Of a stretch of 64,000 nucleotides of DNA, positions 30,506 through 42,500 are shown piece by piece. Source of the DNA: Antedon mediterranea (Eukaryota; Animalia; Echinodermata); assembly GCF_964355755.1 (NCBI RefSeq), contig NC_092675.1, forward strand, positions 31,607,112-31,671,111, read 5' to 3'. Each line of letters opens with the position of its first letter. The first letter of the stretch is position 1. The notes beneath the pieces were generated by a model, which did no database searches, was not told the DNA's origin, and saw only the letters and a program-made list of their open reading frames with translations. Position numbers and translations under genes: made by a program.

Positions 30506-33500
30506 ATGGCAGCCCATCTAAAAAAACGAGCATATGTTGAATTTAGTGTTTCTGTTATTAAAGTGAGTTCTTTTGTTGATTATATTCGGATAGAGGTCCT
30601 ATGCCTAGGTAGGCTATTATTTATTAGGCCCGCCTGGACACTATAGACTATGGTTGACAGAAGATCGGGCCCATGGACGATCGGACTTATTCCAAGACGA
30701 TCGGGTAGCAACGCCTGTGGATGTGGGGCCTAACTGTGTGGACGTCCGGGCCCAATATAATTAGACGATCGGGCATAACATTAATTAGACGGGCCCATTC
30801 AGCTAAAAATAAAGGAAAGACGATTGGTCCACGAAAATGAATTAGATTTATAATTGTTCACCATAAAATGAAGTAAAGTTGGACGTCCTTTCCACGAGTT
30901 TGTGATACAAAAATGTATAGCCTAGCCTAGCTGGTAGGCCTAGCTAGGCCTTTTTATTTTTATTTCTTTATTCTGATATAAAATCAATAGGAGACGGCTT
31001 CTGTACAAGAATTATAAAATAATTGTAATAATATCATTAAAATAAAAATATATAATAATAATGATAATCTTTTTCTGTGCATGTGGTGTTTGTTGTGCAG
31101 ATAAAACTAACTTGTCAAATCTAGTTATTCTTGCTTTTATTGTACTACTACTAAACCATTCATAAAAGGCCTGTTTGCATATTTTATTTTTTCAGGACGA
31201 ACGTGGACAGAAATCATGAATAATTGATTGGGTGTCTCGAAAACAGAGACCTCGAAAACAGAGACCAGAGACCCGAGACCCAGAGTCTCTGTTTTCGAGA
31301 AAATCACGAAAACAGAGACCCCCTATATTATGTAATATTATTGAGACGTTTTAGTGGGGGTCTCTGTTTTCGAGATTTTCTCGAAAACAGAGACCCTGGA
31401 TCTCTGGTCTCTGTTTTCGAGGTCTCTGTTTTCGAGACACCCATAATTGATTAATTATTTTCTATTATAAAGAATTGCAAGATAGCTGATATACTTCCTA
31501 AATATACTAAACCTAACCTTCTAAATAATCTCTCAACTATATTAAAAGACCTCGAACTGAGGGCTCCAGTGTATAAACAGGGGAACGCCTTTACCACTAG
31601 ACCAAACATTTCGGTTGACGAACGCTGTTTACTATGTATGTACTGGGTAGTATCTGCTTTACTACCCAGCAGTGTGTCATTTGTTACCGCTTATGACTAT
31701 GTATGTATTGGGTAGTATCTGCTTTACTACCCAGCAGATGTGTCATTTGTTACCGCTGTTTACTATGTATGTACTGGGTAGTATCTGCTTTACTACCCAG
31801 CAGATGTGTCATTTGTTCAATGTGCATGAATACCATGAGGCAACCCTGCATTCAATTTGTGATGGACCTTTAAGAGAACAATGACACGCTATGACTGTCT
31901 CTTTGTGATTGATGTACCATTTAGGTTTTTTAATGCACCCCTGCGTGGATAAATTAAATAAAATAATTAAAAGTAGGTGTGTTATGTTAACACATATAAT
32001 TTTCTATTCGTTGAATGGAGAGAATCTTTCATTCAATGACAAATTGACTGCTCCAATTTTGGCTCTGCCTCATTAAGAATAGAGCAATCAATATTTTAAC
32101 TCATGAAATATTCTCACCATCAAACTCATAAACATACATTATTTTTTATAATGACGCACTCATGGCCCACATCTATTGGTTTTAAACAGTACTGTAGCAA
32201 TTTTTGACATTTTTTTAAAGGAGGAAGTATCAAAGCCTAAAACTCTTCGTTTGACTGTTCCTGTATCATCTGCACCTCCATTATTAGATTTGAATTTAGC
32301 AAGTGGACCTCAAGAAATATTAACACAACTTAAAACATTAACCGATAGCCTTCCTCTATCCCCTCAGCATGTTGGTGAGTGTACTATTTGTACAATACAC
32401 TTATTAAATTAGTAATTTAAATGTACAGTAGTCTTTAAAGTAGCTAAACATTTTGAAATACTAAGGAAGAACTCTTGAAAATTGCTACATCAATATTAAA
32501 TATTTTGAATTATAAACTGTGTCATGTTCCACATTTAAATTAGTTAAATGCTACATTTACACAATAATTTGGTTAGAAGAAAGAGAATGTTTTCACCAGG
32601 CTTCCAATTGACTTGGTTAAATGAAACATTTTAATGTTTCATTGAAAAATGAGTAATTAAATTACTCATTTTTTGTATTCATTGTCCAACTTATAACAAT
32701 ATTCATTATTTCAATAAAATTACTTTTAATGAATTTAATGTTGGCATTTATTCTATTTTTAGACTCAGTAATTCATACACTCATAGAACATTTACGAAAA
32801 GAAGAAATTGCGTACATCAAAGCTCGTATTATTAGCATTCTTGGTATACTAACAAGAACACCAGATTGTAACAAAACACTAGTCATTGATGAACTAACTC
32901 AAATGCTACGGAGGGAAAGTATGCTTACTTTTGGATCTAAATACTGAGTGATTCTTAAACTTATCTCAACTTAATAATTTACCATCATTTTTAAATGTAA
33001 TTTTATCATAAGATTTAGCGATTATTATTATCTGTTTTTCTTAAATAACCAATTTATTTCTTTAGCTTCTCATAAAGTATGTGCTGAGCTATTTGGTACC
33101 ATTTACAACATCTGTAGAGCTATTCCGAATTCTATAGACTTGCATCAAAAACTTGTTGTCCTAGCCTACAAGGTAAAGATAACTTTTAACAATCTATAAT
33201 CAATCAAAAAATGTACAGTATGATCACTAAAATTCCCCAGTACTGCTATAACAACAACAACAATACTATGAATATTACTATAAAAACATCAATGCTTATT
33301 ACAGTGTATAGAGTACAACACAGCTCACGGTACCGACTTGCAACACGTATCGCCTGATTTGTATTGGTTTCGGTTCTGTAAATTCTAGCATTGTTTGTAC
33401 CATTCAAAACATTCTACATCAAGCATTCATCCACTATTGATTAATTTCAAATTAATGTTAAAAACTTCAGTTTTCTCTCATTTTTTTAAATTTCTGTAAT

Positions 33501-36500
33501 ACTAATAGAATTGTTTTTATTATCTGTTTTTGTTATAGGATCTTTTATATTTGATAATATTATATTGATAATATTGTGCTAAATATCATTTTATACATTT
33601 CAGCATTTATCCAATTCAGACCATTCTGTGCGGCAACATTGTCTTTCAATAATAGGAACATTAGGATCCAAAGAAACACATGTAAAAATTAATGAAAAAC
33701 AAGAAAGTCCATTACAAGTGTTAACAGCTTATGCAAAAGATCAAGACCCAAGAGTTCGTAGTAGCGCATTTGAAGCTATGGTGAGTATAAATCATAATAA
33801 ATCTTAATAAATATAATTTTAATTAGAAAACAAGAAAATCATGTGATTATGTAATGGTGATAAAAGAAAGATAAACAAGAAATATAGATTATTTCAGAAG
33901 TTGAAATGCCAACGTTCCTTGCTTATGAGTAAATAGCAGATAAAATAAACTTAACATAATGGTATTTTGCATTGTTTTTTTTTGTGCAAAATTCAGGCTG
34001 AATTTATAATTATTTGTAATTATATAGTTCTATGTTAATATAAAGTTTGCGGTACACCACGTGTATTAGTTCTGAAAAGAACTGTTGAGTTTCTCGACGT
34101 TTCGATCAATATACTTTGATCGTCCTCAGGAGTGAGAATCTAATTTTGATTATGAATTAAAACGTTAATGGATTCCTGGTTTAAATACTTAATAGTTTTC
34201 ACTTACACAAATGTTTGATAAAATAGTTCCATCAGTCTGAACATGTATTACAATATTTGTGAAAGTGTTGACAAAGTTCTTAATATAGCCTTAATTGCTC
34301 TTACTTAGATGAATATTGTTCTTGTTTATGTGTAATTTTGACAAAAGAGTAATATAATATTTTTTACATTTTTATAGTTATCGTTTCATCAAAAGGGTCA
34401 AGTTTTGGAACAGTCTATTTATAAACAGGTATACACTGCTCTACATGATGATAGTGAAAGTGTTCGTTTAGCAGCATTACGCCTTATGTGGGTCATAGGT
34501 CATGTCTATCCTGAGAGTCTTATACCTGTAGTTGATTCAGATGAGAAGTTGCGACTTGTTGATGATGCGTTTGCTAAGATTTGTCAATTAGTAAATGATT
34601 CAAGTGTTTTGGTGCGTACCACTGCTGTAGGATTGCTTGGTTCTTTGCATCGTGTCAGCCCACATTTCTTGGAGCAGACTTTGGATAAGAAGCTGATGTC
34701 AGGATTAAGGGTGAGTTTATGCAGTAAAACAAAGAGTACAGTACAAGGAAAATGAAACCTTCGAATGTACCTTGTCGACATAACCTAATAAGTAAGCTAT
34801 AGAATTGTACTCTACTATACATCAATCTCCTACTGCATCATTGAATCAGAATTGGTTCTTTTAATTTCGTTTAGCGTAAAAGAACTGCACATGAGCGGCA
34901 AAAAGAACAATTTGTTTCTGGTGAATGGTCCAGTGGTAAAAAGTGGGGAGATGATGCTCCTAAAGAGGAACTTGATCCAGAGGCTGTAACCTTAATGGAT
35001 ACTGGAGCTTGTGGAGCATTTGTTCATGGACTTGAAGATGAATTCTTAGGTTTGCCAATGATTGTTTTTTATATATAACAAATATGTAAATATAGTATTT
35101 AAAAACCACCATGACATTTATTTAACCGTTGTATATAATAACATCGATAGTTACAAGCAAATGTGACTATAGTACAAAGACCATGTTCATCTGTATTTTT
35201 ATTGTAACCTCATATCCATACAATTTTTTTTTGTAGGTTTAACCATACTGTACTATTAGTATGATGAAGATTTTGAAATTCATTGTGTTGTGTGCATAAT
35301 TGTGACCATAACTGATAAGGTGTATACCTAAAATATAGATAGTTAACATTGTATTGTATCTAATGTGACAATCCTTTTATATTTAAAGTGATTATTTTAC
35401 AGAGGTAAGACATGCAGCTTTAGATTCTCTGTGTGAGCTTGCCAGCCAGTCACCAGCATTTGCCTCTTTATCATTGGATTATCTGGTGGATATGTTAAAT
35501 GATGAAATTGAAAGTGTGCGTCTGAATGCTGTATATAGTTTACACAAGATAAGCAAAGACATTGTTTTAAGAGAAGACCAGCTTGAAACTGTGCTAAATG
35601 GCCTTGAGGTTAGTAAAATATTACAAAATAACCACTGATCTAAAAGTATTGAAATATAAAACTATATTCATTGACTTCACTGTAATCGTCTTGAGATCAG
35701 TCAAATTGATGATTAAAGAAAGAACACCTATATACCATGCATAAAGAAACTCTAATAAACCACCCAGTGATATAATGGTAATTCAATCATTTATAAATGG
35801 TTAACACTTTCACTGCGTATAACCGGTACTACTGGGTATAAATAGACGTCGTTGAAATATGTATACACGGTACTACCGGGTATGGGCAAAACATGATTTA
35901 ATCGTATTTGCCTATAATATATAGCACCCTCTATATTTTGTCTTGAACCAAAGAATATATATCACAAGAATGAGTATTCCTCGATTTTCCCTGTAACAGT
36001 AATATTGTCCATGTAGTAGGGCGCCGCCATAAGTGTCGATGTATCTGGGATGTATACAACTTTTTGTGACTGTTTCACTAATCAAAGGTTGGACCACCGG
36101 TAGTATTTTCATGATAAAAAATGTTATCAACTACATGCCAACATCATGTTAAATAATATTTGGATATTTAATTGTTCGTTTTATGCAATTTATTTAGTAA
36201 AAACTTCGTATAAACAGTTTGCTTTATCAACCGGGCGCTACGATAGCGTGACCGGGCATGTTGATGTTTTCACGAAGGATAGTTTAATAATATTCCTGTT
36301 TCTGGTAAAATAAATAAATGTTAATGACATTTAACATTTTGTCCTATTAATAACATGTATTTTATACTAAGTTATATCATAAAAACAATACTTAGTCTAT
36401 ATCGTGCCTAGCTTACCTGGATAAACCAACATAAGCCTCTCTCTCCGACGAGAGGTAAACATTACGAAAAGAAGAACATTAATAACATTAATTTTTCCCC

Positions 36501-39500
36501 ACCCCCGTCGGATAATGGATCAGTCCGCCACCAGTACGCCCTCAAGTGAGACACACCCACTTATCATCGTTATCATTTCTTTTCGTAACGTCGTTGTGTA
36601 CGTACGTCTTTTTCTGAACACATTCCTGGAATTCCTGAGGAATTTGCGATAAAGACTTTTATACTGTAGACTGGAAGAGAAGAATAGAGCAAGAAAACGA
36701 AGCTAAGTGTAGTAGATCGTTATCTTGTGGTTGGATACGTTTAGAATCGTTACCCTTGGCTAGTTGCCAGGAGTTAAAATTTAGCGTTGTAAGCCGTTAT
36801 CCAGAGTGTTTCACCTGGATAGAAATACTGGAAGATCTTTTGTTGTTCGTTAGGCTAGTGGGTAGAAGTAGGTCTGTTAGATCACCATGCCTAAGCAGGA
36901 GTGTGTTAAATGTAGGGGTCCCCGCTCTACCGTGTGTCCGCTGGACACCGTCCAAGTTCAAATCGCTCCCTAAGCCTAAGGAGCGCACGGAGGCTGTACC
37001 ACCTCCGGAGGTGGGTACCGCCGATACGGCAGGCCCTCCTGCCGTCGCGCCGGAAGTTAGCCTTCCAGATATGCCTGCACCGGCTGCGGCCTCTGCGGTT
37101 CCGGGGGTGAATGAGATTTCTCCGGGGTTACTGCAAGCCATTGTTGCAGCTGTGAGAGCTCTGCCGAGGGATGAGCCTGAGGTACCCTCTCAGATTAGAC
37201 CTCCTCCCCAGATTCCATACATTGATGTTGGCCCACAGCAGACCTCGTTTTTCGATGGTTCGTCCGTCCGGCAAAGGGATTACGATAGTGACAGGACGAT
37301 GGCCTCGCTCTCTGACGATGATAGAGATAGCTTAAGAGAACAGGCCGGGCCAGGGGAGGAAGGTCTGCAGGCGCTAGTTATGCGGACGGTCCCCGCGGTG
37401 CTGTCCTTTCTCGGCGTCGATTTCACGTATCGCGAGCCTAAGCATACTCCTTCGTCTAAGCGGGTTTCCACTTTTGGCGTACGCACGCCCTTTAAGAAGG
37501 TATCTTCGTGCCCGGTTACGCCTCTCGATCCAGAACTTGTGGAACGTGTGGAGCTGATCGCTAAGGAGTCCAAGATTCGTAGGCCTATGCCTTATAGCCT
37601 GTCATCGGCTTTTCCGGTGCCGCAGAAACAATTCGAACTGTACATCGCGGCGCCGAGCGTCCCGGAGGCAGCGAAGGAACGGGTCCGTGAGGACCAGAAC
37701 CTGGACCCGTCCAGGACTAATTTTTTGAAGCCTTCGGAATCCCGGACAGAGGACGTCCTTACGTCCGTCGACAGGGCCGCACGCGAGACGCTTAGAGCCG
37801 CCTCTATGGCCGGGTACTTGCTATCCTTTCTGGCTGATCCAGAACATCCGCCCCAGGGCGATTCGGACGTGATAGCTCTACTACAGCAGATCATGGGCCT
37901 GGTTGTTGATCAACAGGCAACGATCTCATTATCTGCGGCCGCGGCCCGTCGCGTTAACGTCTTGGGTGCAACTGACATCGCACCGACCGATTTCCGTAGG
38001 TTTACTACGTCTGACTCCTTCGGGGCGCAGGACTTGTTCTTTGGCTCCTTCTCACAGAAGGAGGATAAATGGGCTCGTGAGAGGGAAGCTCGTCGGGAGA
38101 CAAGAGCGCGCTTCCCGCAAAAACGCCGAGCTAGCAATTCACGCTCAAGGACAGCCGCACGACCGCCGCCTGTCCCTGCTGCTCCTCAGCAGATGCAGCC
38201 TCCCCCGCCGCCACCGGCTCAGCCTATGCAAAGTCAGGCTTCTACATCAAGACAGGCTTCACACCCCCCTCGCGGAATGCGAAATAGGGGTGGCAAAGGC
38301 GCCACCAACAGGAGTGGTCGCCGGTATTATAATGTGAAGCGCCGGTGACGGCCCGGGGACGCCCGTCCCTCCAAGCGAGGGCGGGCAGGTGGGGGGTCGC
38401 TTGAAACGGTTTTCACGGGTTTGGGAGACCCTGACCACAGACAGATGGGTTCTCTCCACCGTGACACACGGGTATCGTATCGAATTCTCGAGCCCTCCGG
38501 TGAGCGGAGGTGCCCGGCACACGAGGATTCCGTCAGAGCCGGAAAAGAGTCAAGCGCTCATGACGGGCCTCGAAGCACTGCTCCAGAAAGGAGCTGTGGT
38601 GCATGTTCAGAAGGAACAACTTACGATCCCGGGACACGAATCCACCGTTTTCCTCGCCCAGAAAAAATCGGGCGATTGGCGACCCATCCTAAACCTCAAA
38701 AGTCTGAACAAGCGGTACATCCGGCCCCGCAGGTTCAGGATGGAGACTGTCTCATCTATCCTGTTGGGGCTAAGACGAGGGGACTGGGCAGCCACAATAG
38801 ACTTGAAAGACGCGTACTTTCACGTGCCTATTGCGCAAGAGCACCAGAGTTGGCTGCGCTTCCGCATTCACGATCAGGTATACCAATTCGTAGCTCTGCC
38901 GTTCGGCCTCTCAACGGCCCCACGAGTGTTTACTCGTCTAGTGAGAACCCTGGCGGCGTTCTTTCATCAACACGGCATCAGAGTGTTCATGTACTTAGAC
39001 GATTGGTTGATCGTGGCCCAGTCCAGGGACCAGCTGCTGAGCAGCTTATCTTTTGTCCGCCTCGTGACGGAACAAGCAGGGTTCATAATAAACGAGGAGA
39101 AGTCATGTCTTCTCCCTTCTCAGAACCCTCTGTATCTCGGAGCCCAAATAAATTTGGTTACGGGCCGTGCGTGCCCATCCATCGAGCGTGTGGCCAAGGC
39201 AAGAACTGCAGTGCTACATCTTATCAATGCTCAGGCTCCGACGGCGTACGACTGGCTACGCACCTTGGGGTCACTGGCCAGCTTCGTCGCCCTCGTTCCG
39301 TTCTGCCGGTTAAGGATGCGGCCTCTACATCTGCACCTTCTGGCAGCATACCGCCCAAGATCAGACTCTCTACACAAAGTGGTTCCAACGAATGCGTTCA
39401 TTATCTCGCATCTCGAATGGTGGCTCGTGGAAGACAGGTTACTTGTGGGCACACCTATACAAAGGTCAATTCCGGATGTCCGTGTGGAAACGGACGCATC

Positions 39501-42500
39501 CGAAGTAGGCTGGGGCGGTCACATACCGTCTCCGGACATTCGCGTCTCCGGCCTCTGGTCGCCCGAGGAGACGCGCGCCCACATCAACCTGCTCGAACTT
39601 TGGGCAGTCGAGCGCTCGTTGGAGGCTCTTCTTCCCCATCTGGCAAATCGCCATGTTCTCGTCAATTCCGACAACACAACCGTCGTGGCATACATAAACA
39701 GGCAAGGGGGTACACGGTCCCCCACGCTATGTTGCCACACGTGGACGTTGCTAATGTGGTGTATAAGACACAACATCCAACTGTCAGCGGCCCACATTGC
39801 GGGTCGTCTGAACATAGTGGCGGACGCACTGTCCCGTCCACTTCTACGTCCTACGGAATGGCGTCTTCTTCCAATAATCGCCACCCAGATCTTCAACCAC
39901 TTTGGGCGGCCCCATGTAGATCTGTTTGCGACGTCAGGCAACACGCAGCTCCCGACGTTCTGCAGCCGATATCGGGATGCACATGCGTGGGCGGTGGATG
40001 CCCTGTCCATACCATGGGACAACCTTTGGGCATATGCCTTTCCACCGATTTCAATACTGCCACTGGTCCTGACGCACATTCAGCGCCATCAATGCCAAGT
40101 CCTACTAATAGCGCCGTATTGGCCCAGGCAGCCGTGGTTTCCACTGCTTCTAGGCCTTCTGTACGATCAGCCGTTACGTCTTCCGATTCGGAACGACTTG
40201 CTGACGCAGGGCCGAGCTCGGTTTGCTCTACCGAACCTCATATCCCTCGACCTGACTGTATGGCCATTGTCAGGGATCGTTTCAGAGACTCAGGCATTCC
40301 AGATGGTCCGGCCGCCCTCGCGGCGAAATCCCGACGGGAATCCACTCTTGCTGTCTACAATAGCCGATTAAAACACTTTTTCGAATGGTGCAAGCGCCAG
40401 AAGACCGACCCTATGAAAGTGACTTTGGGCCAGGTCTGCGCTTTCCTACATTACCTGTTTGAGTCAGGTCTGCAGGTTCGCACCGTATCCGGCTATCGGT
40501 CTGCCTTGGCTGCAGTAATTCCGAATTTTAAAGACGGCTCGACCATCTCTTCATCCCCTGCAATTTCCAGTTTGCTTCGCGGGATGTTTCGAGAACGGCC
40601 TCCTACTAAGGCCCTGATTCCACGTTGGGACGTCAATGTCGTCCTAGCCGCTCTTATGCGTCCACCCTTCGAGCCCCTGAGTAGGGCATCACTTTACAAC
40701 CTGACTCTCAAAACTGCCTTTTTGATTGCACTAGCCTCGTGCAAGCGCAGAGGTGAACTGCATGCTCTTTCTCTGGAGCCAGGGCACATCAGGTTTGAAC
40801 GGGGTGGCGCGCGGTTGGTTTTTAGAAAAGATTTCCTTGCAAAATCTCAGACATTGAACTTCTCGCCGCCGACTGTGTTTATTCCCACCATTGCTGCATA
40901 TTCAGGGGTTGAGGAAGACAGACTTTGGTGCCCGGTGCGGGCACTAAAGTTTTACATCAAACGCACAGAGTCCATTCGGGTCTCAGCGTCACATCTGTTC
41001 GTATCGACAGTTGCACCCTTCCGACCGGCTGCTCGGTCGACGCTGGCAAACTGGGTCGTGGCAGCCATCCGGGCTGGTTACGACTCCACAAATACGCCTC
41101 CTCCGGCACATATGCACCAAGTGCGTGGCATAGCCGCTTCATGGGCGCTGTTTGCTGGGGTGCCCCTTCCAGACATCCTGCAAGCGGCATGGTGGCGATC
41201 ACAGTCCACCTTCACATCCCACTACCTGTCGGATACCTCCGCAAACCAGTCTACGGTGGCGGCTTCAATCTTGAAGCCCAGACACTAGGTATGTATGACA
41301 ATGTTTACCTTGCCTCCCGCCTCCGACTAGACTCTAGTCCGGTGCTACACTGGCTTATGTTGGTTTATCCAGGTAAGCTAGGCACGATATAGACTACACA
41401 AACCAACAGTGGTGTTGGTAGTCTATGAGTGCCGCTTACCTGGATAAACGCCCTCCCTACCGTCCCCTCAGGCAGGTGGTCTTGAGAAATGATGACGATG
41501 ATAAGTGGGTGTGTCTCACTTGAGGGCGTACTGGTGGCGGACTGATCCATTATCCGACGGGGGTGGGGAAAAATTAATGTTATTAATGTTCTTCTTTTCG
41601 TAATGTTTACCTCTCGTCGGAGAGAGAGGCTTATGTTGGTTTATCCAGGTAAGCGGCACTCATAGACTACCAACACCACTGTTGGTTTGTGTAATTTACC
41701 GGGCGTAGAGTAGTACACGGCAATGGTAAAGAATAGGCCGTGCTGAGTAACGATTCGTTGATTTTTGGTGTTGCTGTGTTCAGGCCTTTTTTGTGAACTA
41801 ACTTAGCATGTTAGTAAATAATTGTCTGTAAAAGTGAATGTACACTAGTTTGTTAATAAATATGTATTATAAAATAGTTTACAATTGCAAAAATTTTTAT
41901 CATAATTCTATTTAACACATTGACTGCCAAGGCATTTTCCGTAATTTCTGTCCCAGTGCCAAGTCCCGTTTACATATTAAATTACAGTTTGAAAGTGTAA
42001 CATCTGGTCACAGACTATCATGATGTCATTCAAAATACGATGGCGGGAAAAACCGTTGAGACGTATAAATACGTCACTGGCAATGGTCCAACAATTTTAT
42101 TGACTTTGCCAGGAACGTAAATATACGTCGGGGATTTTCCGCGCTAAAATCGGTCAAACCTATCATCGAGAGATAAAAACAGTAAACCACACTGAATCAT
42201 TTCATCCTTTATTATTTTTATTTACTATTAGCGCAATTTATGACATGTTTGAGATGATTATATTGAGTGTGAGGGCGCCATCGTATCAACCATATTCAAT
42301 GCATGAGGGAATAAACACAAACAAACATATGACATTTATTTTTAGATTATCGTTTACGTACATCATTCATAAACTGCCATGCGATAATTCCTGTTCCAAT
42401 CACCACTGCCAGCGATTCTACATACAATACAAAAGTGCTACGATTTTGACGTAGTATTACGTCTTGGCAAGTAGCGACACGCAATTTTTGACGTATAAAT

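Larger units (their letters stand above)
36393..41693 (+). mobile_element. Full-length DIRS1-type tyrosine-recombinase retrotransposon
   Basis: ITRs ~36411-36580 and ~41484-41654, right extension to 41691, ICR 41352-41449, and gag, RT-RH-MT and YR ORFs. GC-rich compared with the host. Confidence 0.95.

Noticed and set aside
36797-41550. Minus-strand ORFs within DIRS
   Set aside because: Shadow ORFs of GC-rich, dual-coding sequence with no recognisable motifs.
36393-41693. GC-rich island with RT, recombinase and methylase as bacterial/phage DNA or a retron/DGR
   Set aside because: The ITR/ICR architecture and domain order are those of DIRS retrotransposons.
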